Of a stretch of DNA of 64,000 nt, positions 30,819-40,742 are shown one piece after another. The translations under genes were made by a program, and so were the position numbers. Position 1 is the first letter of the stretch, and every line of letters begins with the position of its first letter. Source of the stretch: Algoriphagus sp. (GTDB taxonomy: Bacteria; Bacteroidota; Bacteroidia; Cytophagales; Cyclobacteriaceae); NCBI GenBank assembly GCA_029945945.1, contig JAQSDM010000001.1:25705-89704 (forward strand), in the 5' to 3' direction. The notes beneath the pieces are model-generated. The model was not told the DNA's origin. It worked only from the letters and a program-made list of their open reading frames with translations, and did no database searches.

Positions 30819-33629
30819 TTAATGAAAATTAAACCAAAGTACGAGCGGATAACCAGTATCTCCGGTATGACCTACTCCGAATCCAGGCTGAGATTGCGGA
30901 CCCATTTCGGATGCTAAATGAAACTTGGTGCCAATCGGCGAAATCTTAAACAGGAAACTCAGGTCAGATTCAGGAAGCACAGGCTTCACACCAGGAGTTG
31001 AATCTTCAGGAAGGACAGGTTTGAAAAGGCCTAGATATAAGCCGGGCGTTTCAGTTCTAATCTCAATTATCCCTTCTTCAGTTTTCAATTTAAGTGCATG
31101 GAAATTTGAGTGAAAGCCTTTGAATTCGGGATAAATCAGGTTTTCAAAGCTGTATCCGGTGATAGTATTGTTATAAGCCTTTTCCCAAAGTCCAAATTCT
31201 GCACCTCGAAGTCGGTTCTGCCAAACCCGGTATGGACCATTTCCGATCCACTGGGCACTTTCCACTTTTTCCTCAGGATAGCTAAATCCGATGCCTAAAA
31301 TCTCGAGATTTTTACCTCCATAATTAGGCGGAGAAACCTCCATTTTCACTTCGCCGTTGGTCATGACGGTCCAAGTCACAGAAGCGGGATATGGCTTATA
31401 GCCGGATTTGATCTGGATTGCTCCATCTTTCAATTGCTTCCAGGTTACCTGCAGAAACTCGGTTTCAAGTCCTTCCACTTTTGTGTTTTGGGCAAGAGAA
31501 ATCAATCTCATTCCAACCTTTACTTTTTCCAGGTTTCCTTTTGCCTTGCTGAAAATATAGATTTTATCTCCCACTGCGACCTGCAAATCAATGGTGGATT
31601 CCCGAACTTTGATTGATTCTTTGGTGACCGGAGCAGTTCCAAAATAGCTTTTCAATCCTTCTTTTGGCTTTCTGATAGGATACGACCAGGTGTAAAGTTC
31701 CTCCCCGTGTAATCCAATCGCTTGAAGTTTTAAAGCATCGCCTGATTCCCATCCCTTTGGAAGTCCCAAATTGATATCCCGGGTTTCTCCTGGCTTCCCG
31801 GCAGGAAGAGAAACGGTTTCGGAAAAGAGGTTTTGAACTTCCTCCCATCCATTGAATTTCTCAACTGTCCAGACCAATTTGCAGGAAGACAAATCCGTGT
31901 ACAGATACTTATTTGTCACCAGGATTTTGCCGTCAAATTCAGAACTCACGGTAATGGGTTCAATTTGGACAGGAGACCAGATGGATTTGATTGTGTAAAA
32001 GCTTCCTTCTTTCTCCCGATAAGGTCCTAAAATCCCATCCGGAGCATGATTTCCATCCGAATCATGAATTCCTCCTTGGTCCTTCCGGACCAAAGCTTCA
32101 TCAGAAAATACCCATAAAAATCCGCCTGCCCCAATCGGACTACTGATATAACTTTCCCAGAAATCTTCCAAACCAGCACCTAAACCTCCATCATACAATC
32201 CATGAAGCAATTCCGTTGGCATAAAAATATCCTGGCCTTTGGACAAGCGATTGAGACCGGCATCGTATCGTGGATAATGAAATGTGTCCATCCCATTTCT
32301 CTGAAGCCATGGATACAAAATCGGACGTTTTTGAATATCAAACTGATGAAAACCTTTCTCGTTGGCAAAGTTCCAACCACCTTCATTACCATGGTCCCAG
32401 ATCACGACTGAAGCATGATTGGCATCTTTAAGCACAGTTTCTTTTACCAATTTGGGCCCCACGATGGTGTCATAGGCATCCTGCCAGCCGGTTACTTCAT
32501 CCAATACAAATAGGCCAAGTGAATCACAAAGATCCAGGAATCGCTCATCAGGATTATAATGGGACATCCGAACTGCATTCATATTCATCTCTTTCATGAG
32601 CAGAATGTCCTCTTTATGATTCTTGTCGCTCAGCGCACGGCCGGTGATTGGGTAGAAAGAATGTCGATTGACACCTTTGAAAATCACCCGAACTCCATTA
32701 ACATAGATCCCATCATTAAATTTTAATTCGACAGTCCGGAAGCCAACCCGTTCTGATTTTTGATAAGTCACATTAGTATTTTCAATCAGGGAAAAGCGCG
32801 CTTCATAGAGATTGGGGGTTTCCGGATTCCAGGATTTTACCTCCGGAAATTTCTGGATCAGCCAAACAGAATCTGAGGTTACCGGTCTTGAAAATTCTCC
32901 CAAAGCCTTTCCTGAACCCAATTCAAACAACTCAACTTTTATCTGAGCACCTTTGGGTACTTCATTAAGTGTGATCAAAGTTCTGAGTTCCCCATCACCT
33001 TGTGCATCCACAGCTATCCGGGTAAAATGAGTTTGAGGTAAAATCTCCAGAAAGACAGGCCTGAAAATCCCTCCAAAAATCCAAAAATCAGCTTCTCTCT
33101 CAGCAGCATTCACGGATTCATTTGCAGAATGCTTTGCCACTTTCACTTCAAGAACATTTTCAGCTCCGATTTTGAGTAGGCTTGTAATGTCATACGAAAA
33201 ACGGTAAAAACCACCCTGATGAGTTACTCCAGCTGGTTTTCCGTTGATCCAAACGTCCGTATCAGTCATTGCCCCGTCAAAAACCAGGCGAATTACTTTT
33301 CCTCTCCAATCAGAAGGAGCGTTGAATTTATGTGTGTAGGTTCCGATTTCTTTGCCAAGGATACGATCAGGATTTTTATGATCATGCCCATAATTGAAGG
33401 TTCCAAAACCTTGCATTTCCCAATTGGAGGGAACAGGAATTAAGGCGGATTCACCTTTTCTTCTGCCTTCGGAAATTTTAAATCCCCAGTTAACGGGCGA
33501 GGCGGCATCCTTTCCGCTAAGATAAACTCTCTGGTATTCTGATTTATTTTGGGAGTATAGGATTGTGCTTATTCCAAAATAAAATAAGCCAAAAGCCAAT
33601 ATTTGACGGAAGTAAATTTGCATTGACAA
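30819..33629 (-). CDS. glycoside hydrolase family 2 beta-galactosidase-like protein
   Basis: 936 aa with GH2 blocks GVNRHSFYP, NAVRMSHYNP and VIWDHGNEGGW, plus a C-terminal domain typical of large GH2 enzymes. Confidence 0.85.
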   Translation of the reverse strand: MSMQIYFRQILAFGLFYFGISTILYSQNKSEYQRVYLSGKDAASPVNWGFKISEGRRKGESALIPVPSNWEMQGFGTFNYGHDHKNPDRILGKEIGTYTHKFNAPSDWRGKVIRLVFDGAMTDTDVWINGKPAGVTHQGGFYRFSYDITSLLKIGAENVLEVKVAKHSANESVNAAEREADFWIFGGIFRPVFLEILPQTHFTRIAVDAQGDGELRTLITLNEVPKGAQIKVELFELGSGKALGEFSRPVTSDSVWLIQKFPEVKSWNPETPNLYEARFSLIENTNVTYQKSERVGFRTVELKFNDGIYVNGVRVIFKGVNRHSFYPITGRALSDKNHKEDILLMKEMNMNAVRMSHYNPDERFLDLCDSLGLFVLDEVTGWQDAYDTIVGPKLVKETVLKDANHASVVIWDHGNEGGWNFANEKGFHQFDIQKRPILYPWLQRNGMDTFHYPRYDAGLNRLSKGQDIFMPTELLHGLYDGGLGAGLEDFWESYISSPIGAGGFLWVFSDEALVRKDQGGIHDSDGNHAPDGILGPYREKEGSFYTIKSIWSPVQIEPITVSSEFDGKILVTNKYLYTDLSSCKLVWTVEKFNGWEEVQNLFSETVSLPAGKPGETRDINLGLPKGWESGDALKLQAIGLHGEELYTWSYPIRKPKEGLKSYFGTAPVTKESIKVRESTIDLQVAVGDKIYIFSKAKGNLEKVKVGMRLISLAQNTKVEGLETEFLQVTWKQLKDGAIQIKSGYKPYPASVTWTVMTNGEVKMEVSPPNYGGKNLEILGIGFSYPEEKVESAQWIGNGPYRVWQNRLRGAEFGLWEKAYNNTITGYSFENLIYPEFKGFHSNFHALKLKTEEGIIEIRTETPGLYLGLFKPVLPEDSTPGVKPVLPESDLSFLFKISPIGTKFHLASEMGPQSQPGFGVGHTGDTGYPLVLWFNFH

Positions 33630-33831
33630 AAGAAATTCTGAGCAATTGAAGCCTTAAAATAGGTTTAATCCAAAGCTAAAAAAACCCATCAATCAAATCA
33701 TTGGAGATTTATGCCTGGATTGCATGAATTACTCTTCTAAAATCAATCCAAAGCAGGATCATTTTTTGATTTAAAATGGCATTTTTTCACATTTTCTATA
33801 TCTTAGAACCACACTGAAATTTTTAACCCAA

Positions 33832-35562
33832 ATGAGTTCAATAGACCCCTCAATTCTTATTAAAGCCCAAAGCTGGCTTGACGGAAACATAGACCAAGAT
33901 ACAAAGGCTAGCATCAAAAAGCTGATTGCCGAAAACCCCACAGAATTGGTTGATTCTTTTTACCAGGATCTGGAATTTGGAACGGGTGGACTGCGGGGAT
34001 TGATGGGTGTCGGCACCAATCGTATGAATGTCTATACGATCGGAATGGCGACCCAAGGCCTTGCAAACTACCTGCTGAAATGCTTTCCAGGAGAAGAAAT
34101 CAGCGTAGCCATTACGCATGATTGCCGAATAAATAACACGCTGTTCGCAACCACCACTGCTAATGTGTTTACCGCAAACGGAATCAAGGTATTTTACTTC
34201 CGGGAAATGAGACCAACACCGATGCTCTCTTTCGCTGTAAGACATTTTGGTTGCAAAAGCGGCGTGATGATCACTGCATCCCACAATCCGAAGGAATACA
34301 ATGGCTACAAAGCATACTGGGACGATGGTGCTCAGGTTGTCGCTCCTCATGATACCAACATAATCAAGGAAGTGCAAAAGATCACTTCGTTTGATCAGGT
34401 GAATTGGAATAAAAACGATTCTTTGTTTCACTACATCGAGGAAGATTTCGATGCGATTTACTTGGAAAAAGTAAAAGCGCTCAGTCTATCCCCGGCTGCC
34501 AATCAGGCGAATAAAAATATGCCGATCGTCTTTTCTCCAATTCATGGTGCATCCGGAAAAATGGTCCCTGCGGGTTTGAAGGCATTTGGATTTGAAAACA
34601 TAAACATTGTAAAAGAGCAAGCCGAACCTGATGGTACCTTTCCGACAGTGATTTACCCAAATCCTGAGGAAGCGGAAGCTTTAACCCTCTCGCTGAAGCT
34701 TGGAAAAGAAGTTGGGGCTGAATTGGTGCTAGCCTGTGACCCGGATGGAGATCGCTATGCCGCTGCAGTCCCAAATGGTTCAGGTGAATTTGAGCTATTG
34801 AACGGTAACCAAACCGGGACACTTCTCACCTATTATTTGCTCAGCAGATGGAAAGAAGCCGGAAAACTGGATGGAAAGCAATTCATGGTTAACACAATTG
34901 TGACCACCGAACTCATTGATGAAATCGCAAAAGGATTTGGAGTAAAGTGTTTTTCGGTTCTAACGGGTTTCAAAAATATCGCTGCAATTATTCGCGATTT
35001 GGAAGGAAAAGAAACCTTCATCGGAGGTGGTGAAGAATCTTATGGCTATCTGATTGGAGATTTTGTCCGGGACAAAGACGGCGTAAGTGCTTGTGCGATG
35101 GTAGCGGAACTGGTGGCTTATTATAAAACTCAGGGAAAAACTGTTTTTGATGTGTTGGCTGAGATTTATGGAAAGTTTGAATTCTACAAAGAATCTCTGA
35201 TCTCAGTTACCAAAAAAGGAAAAGACGGTGCCGAACAGATTCAGGCGTTGATGATGGACTTCAGACTAAACCCTCCAAAATCCATGAATGGAGTTGAAGT
35301 AGTGAAAATCGTGGACGTAAAGGAAAGCACGATTACTTATCCCGCTACAGGAAAGACGGAAAAGCTCAATATGGATAAGTCCAACGTGATGCAATTCTAT
35401 CTTGCTGACGGAAGTAAAATCTCCGCAAGACCTTCCGGCACCGAACCTAAAATCAAATATTATTTCTCGGTTCATACTCCACTTTCAAACCCTGCCGATT
35501 ATCGCAGAACTGAAAACGACCTTATTGAAAAATTGGAAGGATTGAAACGATATTTTAGTTAA
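33832..35562 (+). CDS. phospho-sugar mutase (phosphoglucomutase/phosphomannomutase family)
   Basis: 576 aa with the active-site loop TASHNPKEYNGYK, the metal loop DPDGDR and a GEESYG sugar-binding loop. Confidence 0.9.
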   Translation: MSSIDPSILIKAQSWLDGNIDQDTKASIKKLIAENPTELVDSFYQDLEFGTGGLRGLMGVGTNRMNVYTIGMATQGLANYLLKCFPGEEISVAITHDCRINNTLFATTTANVFTANGIKVFYFREMRPTPMLSFAVRHFGCKSGVMITASHNPKEYNGYKAYWDDGAQVVAPHDTNIIKEVQKITSFDQVNWNKNDSLFHYIEEDFDAIYLEKVKALSLSPAANQANKNMPIVFSPIHGASGKMVPAGLKAFGFENINIVKEQAEPDGTFPTVIYPNPEEAEALTLSLKLGKEVGAELVLACDPDGDRYAAAVPNGSGEFELLNGNQTGTLLTYYLLSRWKEAGKLDGKQFMVNTIVTTELIDEIAKGFGVKCFSVLTGFKNIAAIIRDLEGKETFIGGGEESYGYLIGDFVRDKDGVSACAMVAELVAYYKTQGKTVFDVLAEIYGKFEFYKESLISVTKKGKDGAEQIQALMMDFRLNPPKSMNGVEVVKIVDVKESTITYPATGKTEKLNMDKSNVMQFYLADGSKISARPSGTEPKIKYYFSVHTPLSNPADYRRTENDLIEKLEGLKRYFS

Positions 35563-35572
35563 AAATCAACGT

Positions 35573-35619
35573 CCAAAACGAGAAAGCACCGGCATAAAAC
35601 CGGTGCTTTCTCGTTTTGG
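35573..35619. terminator. 20-bp perfect inverted repeat between convergent genes
   Basis: ccaaaacgagaaagcaccgg-cataaaa-ccggtgctttctcgttttgg. No clean U tract is present on either side. Confidence 0.55.
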
Positions 35620-35640
35620 GATAAAAGGAATTCAAAGATT

Positions 35641-36585
35641 CTATTCTTTTCCGATATGGACTAAAGCATCTCCCACATTGATAACCGGAAGATTGTTGAT
35701 CCCGATCACATGACCGTTGGTTGGCGATTTCACTTCAATTTTCACTTGTCCATAGGGATCCGAAATTTCGGCCATGATCTGACCTTTTTTGACAGACTCA
35801 CCGAGTTTTACGCTTGAGTTGAAAATTCCGGAAGCTTTGGCACGAACCCAATCGCTTTCTTTCAGGATAGTGCTTTCCTGAGCTTTTGTGCTATTTCCGA
35901 GCATTCCCAGGCTGTGAAGCAATCGCTTGGTTCCTTGGACGCCTTCTTCAATTGCAAAATCATCCACTCGCATGGATTCTCCGCCCTCGTAAACAAGAAT
36001 GTGTTTTCTAGCCTTAAAAGCGGTTTTTCTAAAGGATTTTTCGATGTGTCTCGAATTAACTATGAAGTGGGTGCAAAAGGACTTTGCCAAATCCAGCCCA
36101 ACTTTGTCTTTAAAATCTACCCTGACCTGAGGATGGTTGGAAAGCATCCTGCCACCGGTATGGAAGTCAATTCCATAATCAATTTGCGGAATGATTTCTT
36201 CGTTAATAATGAAAGCGATTCTTGATGCAAGAGATCCTTTTTTGCTTCCGGGAAAGCTTCTGTTGAGATCTCGGCCATCCGGAAAAGTGCGACTATTTGA
36301 AAGAAATCCATAAATATTCATGAGAGGAATAAAAATCAAGGTGCCCCGGAGTAAACTCCAACCCTGATCCATTTCTTCCAAAAGCCGTCTTGCAGTAACG
36401 ATTCCGTTGATTTCGTCTCCATGTACTCCACCGCTGATCAAAACAACAGGACCTTCCTCTTGAGCTCTCCGTATAAATATAGGAAGGTCAATAAGAGTGT
36501 GAGAGGGTAGTTTAGCAATTGGAATTTCGATGTTGACTGATTGCCCAGGTCGAACCCGAACACCATTGATTAACAATTCTCTCAT
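35641..36585 (-). CDS. succinylglutamate desuccinylase/aspartoacylase family zinc hydrolase
   Basis: 314 aa with SGGVHGDEINGI, a downstream FHTG block and a C-terminal barrel-like tail. Confidence 0.75.
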   Translation of the reverse strand: MRELLINGVRVRPGQSVNIEIPIAKLPSHTLIDLPIFIRRAQEEGPVVLISGGVHGDEINGIVTARRLLEEMDQGWSLLRGTLIFIPLMNIYGFLSNSRTFPDGRDLNRSFPGSKKGSLASRIAFIINEEIIPQIDYGIDFHTGGRMLSNHPQVRVDFKDKVGLDLAKSFCTHFIVNSRHIEKSFRKTAFKARKHILVYEGGESMRVDDFAIEEGVQGTKRLLHSLGMLGNSTKAQESTILKESDWVRAKASGIFNSSVKLGESVKKGQIMAEISDPYGQVKIEVKSPTNGHVIGINNLPVINVGDALVHIGKE

Positions 36586-36653
36586 GAAGGAAATTGAATT
36601 CTATTTCAGAATGGGATAAAATCTTGCTTATTTCGTATGTCAAGCCAAAGTTC

Positions 36654-37667
36654 ATGAATATACAAGAAAACATTTCACTCAAGCCTTACAACACATTTGG
36701 AATTGATAAAAAAGCCAGATTTTTTGTTGTTGTAAAGAGTTCGTCTGAGCTCATTGAAGCACTTAAATGGGGAAATGAGAACGATCTTATAATCCTGATC
36801 CTGGGAGGAGGTAGCAACATTTTATTAACTCAGGATCTCGACGCACTAATAATCAAAATTGAAATAAAGGGAATAAATCCGGACTGGGAATCCAACGAGC
36901 ATATCTGGGTCGAAGTGGGTGCAGGAGAATTATGGCATGATTTGGTGGTTTTTGCTATTGAAAATAATTGGGGAGGAATTGAAAATCTATCCTTAATACC
37001 CGGAACAGTCGGAGCATCTCCAATGCAAAATATTGGAGCCTACGGTGTGGAAATCAAAGATGTCTTCCATAGCCTGAAAGCACTGAATCGGTTAACTTAT
37101 GAAATCGAAGAGTTTGAATCCAATCAATGCAGATTTGGGTATCGAGAGAGTGTGTTCAAAAATGAGTTAAAAGGCCAGTATATCATTCTCACTGTAACTT
37201 TTAAACTTGATAAGGTTCCAAAATTAAAACTGGAATATGGAGCGATCCGAGAAACACTAGCTAAACATAACATTGAAACACCCACAATAAAATCAGTGAG
37301 TGATGCCGTAATTGAAATTCGTCAATCCAAGCTTCCGGACCCAAAACAAATTGGAAATGCCGGATCATTTTTTAAAAATCCGACAATTTCAATTGAACAG
37401 CACGAAAGTTTAAAAGCGGAATATCCTTCCATTCCGGGTTACCAAAATGAAGAAGGAATGAAAGTGCCCGCAGCTTGGCTTATCGAACAGTGCGGTTGGA
37501 AAGGGAAAAGATTTGGTGAAGTGGGCGTGCATGAGAATCAACCACTGGTTTTGGTCAACTACGGGAATGGAGACGGAAGAGCAGTTAGGGATTTGTCAAT
37601 TAAAATTCAAAAATCTGTCTTTGACAAATTTGGTATAAACCTTCATCCGGAGGTCAATTTCCTTTAG
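36654..37667 (+). CDS. murB: UDP-N-acetylenolpyruvoylglucosamine reductase
   Basis: FAD-binding N-domain (LKPYNTFG, ILGGGSNIL) and MurB C-domain (GSFFKNP, AAWLIEQCGWKG). I prefer ATG 36654 over the track start 36594. Confidence 0.9.
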   Translation: MNIQENISLKPYNTFGIDKKARFFVVVKSSSELIEALKWGNENDLIILILGGGSNILLTQDLDALIIKIEIKGINPDWESNEHIWVEVGAGELWHDLVVFAIENNWGGIENLSLIPGTVGASPMQNIGAYGVEIKDVFHSLKALNRLTYEIEEFESNQCRFGYRESVFKNELKGQYIILTVTFKLDKVPKLKLEYGAIRETLAKHNIETPTIKSVSDAVIEIRQSKLPDPKQIGNAGSFFKNPTISIEQHESLKAEYPSIPGYQNEEGMKVPAAWLIEQCGWKGKRFGEVGVHENQPLVLVNYGNGDGRAVRDLSIKIQKSVFDKFGINLHPEVNFL

Positions 37668-38146
37668 ATCAAAATATCTTTTACCTCTATTGATTTGTCG
37701 TATTTATCGACATGGATTCCAAATTTCCTTAGAAAGTCAACACCTTCATCCGATCCGATTCCTTTGTACTCAGCATAGGAAAAAAGGTAGACGACCTTTG
37801 AAATACCCATTGAAAAGATGATTCTGGCACAGGCAAGACAGGGTGCCAACGTCACATATAGCGTAGAACCATCAACCGAAGTATTATTTTTTACTGCGTA
37901 TAAAATTGCATTTTGCTCAGCATGAAGGGCCAGCGAACAACTTCCCTTACTATCACGGGCACATCCAGTTTCCGGAAATTCCACGTCACAATTATGAGTA
38001 CCAGCAGGAGGCCCATTGTATCCGATAGAGATTATTCTGGTGTCTTTTGTCAGCACCGCTCCTACATGTTTCTTTATGCAATGGGATCGCTTGGCAAGAT
38101 TAACTGCCAATTCCATGTAGATATCATCAAAATCCGGTTTGCTCAT
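37664..38146 (-). CDS. deoxycytidylate (dCMP) deaminase
   Basis: 160 aa with the CDA zinc motifs HAEQNAI and PCLACARII. Its stop codon overlaps the murB stop. Confidence 0.85.
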   Translation of the reverse strand: MSKPDFDDIYMELAVNLAKRSHCIKKHVGAVLTKDTRIISIGYNGPPAGTHNCDVEFPETGCARDSKGSCSLALHAEQNAILYAVKNNTSVDGSTLYVTLAPCLACARIIFSMGISKVVYLFSYAEYKGIGSDEGVDFLRKFGIHVDKYDKSIEVKDILI

Positions 38147-38293
38147 TTTTTAAAATTTGCCCAAAAATAGCATTTGAAAGTCAAGGTGGTTTCGCTTTCT
38201 TGAATAATCCTTTCTATTTTTTCGTTTACACATTAATTATTTAACTTTTAGAGGAAGGTTTCTCAAGGAAGAACAAAAAAAAATGATCAAAAT

Positions 38294-38869
38294 ATGCAAG
38301 TTAGAATACCTAAAATTCTCTTGAGCTTCATTATCATGATGCAATTCTCTTGCAGCTCTATCGAGATTTTTAAAGAAAACACAGAAATCGCAGCTTCCAA
38401 ACCATATAAGTCATTTGTAATAATCAATCAGGAAATTGGTTTGCAAGGATTTTCATCGCAGTTTTTGGATCAACAAGTTCAAATCCACATACAGGAAGCT
38501 TTGGAATCCCGCGGTCTCGTTTATGATAAAACCGCTCCAGATCTGGTTATCCGATATACTTCCAATGAAGACCTACGAGAAAGAACAGTGAATAACAACC
38601 TCAACACGTATCCACTTTGGGGCTACAGGGTATGGGATCCTTGGGTTTACAATCCTTATAGCCCCTATAGAAGTAATTCCTCAAGTACCAGCAGTTATGA
38701 ATTGGTCCAGGTAATCATTGATTTCATTGATCCTATGGAGGACAAACTTCTTATGACCCTCACTGGGGTAACCGAGGTTAGTAGCGAAAAAACGAAAGGA
38801 AAAATAGTATTAAAAACCACAGATAAAATTCTCTCCAGATTTCTGGAGGAGATTCACCCAATTCAATAA
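38294..38869 (+). CDS. DUF4136-like lipoprotein
   Basis: 191 aa with a lipobox (MQFSCSS) and a C-terminal pattern LVQVIIDFIDPMEDKLLMTLTG that is typical of DUF4136 as I remember it. Confidence 0.5.
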   Translation: MQVRIPKILLSFIIMMQFSCSSIEIFKENTEIAASKPYKSFVIINQEIGLQGFSSQFLDQQVQIHIQEALESRGLVYDKTAPDLVIRYTSNEDLRERTVNNNLNTYPLWGYRVWDPWVYNPYSPYRSNSSSTSSYELVQVIIDFIDPMEDKLLMTLTGVTEVSSEKTKGKIVLKTTDKILSRFLEEIHPIQ

Positions 38870-38880
38870 CCAATTTCAAA

Positions 38881-39198
38881 ATGGAAAAGAGATTTAAAAG
38901 CCTAAAAGAATTTTATCCTTACTATCTCAAAGAGCATCAGGATCCAACTTGCAGAGTACTTCATTTCATAGGTACCGGTCTCCTTTTTATAATTTTATTT
39001 ACCTCAATTTGGCTTTCGAACTATTGGCTTTTGATTTCAATCCCCTTCGTTGGATATGGATTTGCCTGGGTGGGTCATTACTTTTTTGAAAAAAACAAGC
39101 CCGCAACCTTCCAATATCCATTTTTTAGTTTGGCTTCAGATTTCCTGATGTTCTTCGATTTACTTAAAGGAAAAGAGAAGTTTCACCCTGTTTTATAG
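38881..39198 (+). CDS. DUF962 (Mpo1-like) membrane protein
   Basis: 105 aa with FKSLKEFYPYYLKEHQDPTCRVLHFIGT and WVGHYFFEKNKPATFQYP. It begins 11 nt after the preceding gene. Confidence 0.65.
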   Translation: MEKRFKSLKEFYPYYLKEHQDPTCRVLHFIGTGLLFIILFTSIWLSNYWLLISIPFVGYGFAWVGHYFFEKNKPATFQYPFFSLASDFLMFFDLLKGKEKFHPVL

Positions 39199-39306
39199 AT
39201 TTTAGAATAAATGACATGATAATTGGCAGAATATTTGTCTTTTATCATTGAACTGTTACTTTTGTAATAGCATTAATGTATTTCAGGCGCATAATTTTGC
39301 ATTTTG

Positions 39307-39663
39307 ATGTTGACTATAGTTCTAATAGATGATGATCCTATCAGCACATTTGTGACTGAAAAACTCATATCTAAAAATGTGAAGGAACCCTGTAAGTTTT
39401 TTAAATATCAAAGCGCCAAAATCGCATTGCAAGAAATCTATGATATCAACCCCAATTACCTGTTTTTAGACTTGAATATGCCAGAAATGACTGGCTGGGA
39501 TTTTTTGGATCATTTTGATACAGCCAAGAATGAGGCAGAAATCTACATTTTGTCCAGTTCTGTTGACGAAAGGGACATTACAAAAGCAAGCCAGTATCAG
39601 GTTGTAAAAGAATACTTATCAAAACCTCTGATAAAAAAATATATTCAAAGTATTTTTAACTAA
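39307..39663 (+). CDS. single-domain response regulator (receiver only)
   Basis: 118 aa with an acidic pocket (LIDDD), phospho-acceptor context (LFLDLNMPEMTG) and the conserved SKP lysine. There is no output domain and no histidine kinase in the window. Confidence 0.8.
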   Translation: MLTIVLIDDDPISTFVTEKLISKNVKEPCKFFKYQSAKIALQEIYDINPNYLFLDLNMPEMTGWDFLDHFDTAKNEAEIYILSSSVDERDITKASQYQVVKEYLSKPLIKKYIQSIFN

Positions 39664-39750
39664 CACGCAAAAAGAATTGGTTAAAAAAAAATCGATTTCT
39701 TTTCCAAACTCCTGTTTCCCAAATTAGTTAAGAAAAGAAAATGGAAACTC

Positions 39751-40236
39751 ATGGCAAGACCAAATCCGGAATTGATAGCTGCAATTGAAAGGACCATTCT
39801 TAAACTTTCCAAAGGTGCTCCTTACCAATGGGGACACATGGGAGCATGTAATTGTGGAAACCTCGCTCAGGAATTAACTAAACTTAGTAAATCAGAAATT
39901 CATAGCTATGCCATGCAGAGATATGGAGATTGGAATGATCAAATCCTTGAATTTTGTCCGACCAGTGGCTATCCGATGGATCTGATGATTCAAAAAATGA
40001 TTGATACCGGACTAACTCTAACAGATTTATCACATCTGGAAAGGCTTTCTGATCCGGAAATTTTAGCAACAATTCCAAAAGAACAAAGAGACAAATTATC
40101 AAAAAATTCCAAGGAAGATGTCGTGCTTTATATGCAAAATTGGGCTAAATTATTGAGAGATAATTGGCTAAGTCAAAATCCTGAAATCAGTTTCCCTATT
40201 GAAGAAAAAAAATTGGAGGTTGCTGTATTTAGCTAA
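39751..40236 (+). CDS. hypothetical protein (161 aa)
   Basis: Long ORF with normal composition and a conserved-looking block YQWGHMGACNCGNLAQ. I recognise no family. Confidence 0.5.
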   Translation: MARPNPELIAAIERTILKLSKGAPYQWGHMGACNCGNLAQELTKLSKSEIHSYAMQRYGDWNDQILEFCPTSGYPMDLMIQKMIDTGLTLTDLSHLERLSDPEILATIPKEQRDKLSKNSKEDVVLYMQNWAKLLRDNWLSQNPEISFPIEEKKLEVAVFS

Positions 40237-40294
40237 TTGTTTTTTTCTTTATTTCGTGAAGTACAATCATTAAAAACCCCTATCAAATACTACT

Positions 40295-40480
40295 ATGGAG
40301 GATTTTGAAGAAGATTTCGAAGAAATTGACGACATCGAGGAAGAGGACGATTTCGGAGCAGAGTTTGAGGATGAGTATGATCTTGAAGAAGACAGTGAGC
40401 TCATTGACGATGGTATTCTAGATTTTGACGAAGATGATCTCGACGATCTTGATGATGATATTGTTGACGATTTAGATTAA
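40295..40480 (+). CDS. hypothetical poly-acidic small protein (61 aa)
   Basis: ATG-initiated ORF in which 38 of 61 residues are Asp or Glu and none is K, R or H. The remaining residues are mostly F/I/L/V/Y, spaced regularly. Coding status is unproven because the sequence is low complexity. Confidence 0.4.
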   Translation: MEDFEEDFEEIDDIEEEDDFGAEFEDEYDLEEDSELIDDGILDFDEDDLDDLDDDIVDDLD

Positions 40481-40576
40481 AGTCTGGTAAAAGCATAGCT
40501 CGAAAGGAAAGCTTCTTGGTATTCTGATGCTTTGATTTTATCTTCGGGCACTATTTTGAATCACAACCTTATTCAC

Positions 40577-40723
40577 ATGATACTATTAGATGTTTTCACT
40601 TCACCTTTAGCACCAGGAGCACAAACCTTCCTTTTGATTGTTTGTATTGTAGTTGGTTTGGTAGCAGGACTTTCAGCAATAAACGCGAGATCTACTTTCA
40701 AGAAGAAGAAAGCTGAACATTGA
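40577..40723 (+). CDS. hypothetical single-pass small membrane protein (48 aa)
   Basis: The internal ATG at 40577 gives MILLDVFTSPLAPGAQTFLLIVCIVVGLVAGLSAINARSTFKKKKAEH, one TM helix with a basic tail. An intrinsic terminator follows. Confidence 0.4.
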   Translation: MILLDVFTSPLAPGAQTFLLIVCIVVGLVAGLSAINARSTFKKKKAEH

Positions 40724-40742
40724 TATTTTCAATAATTTAAAA

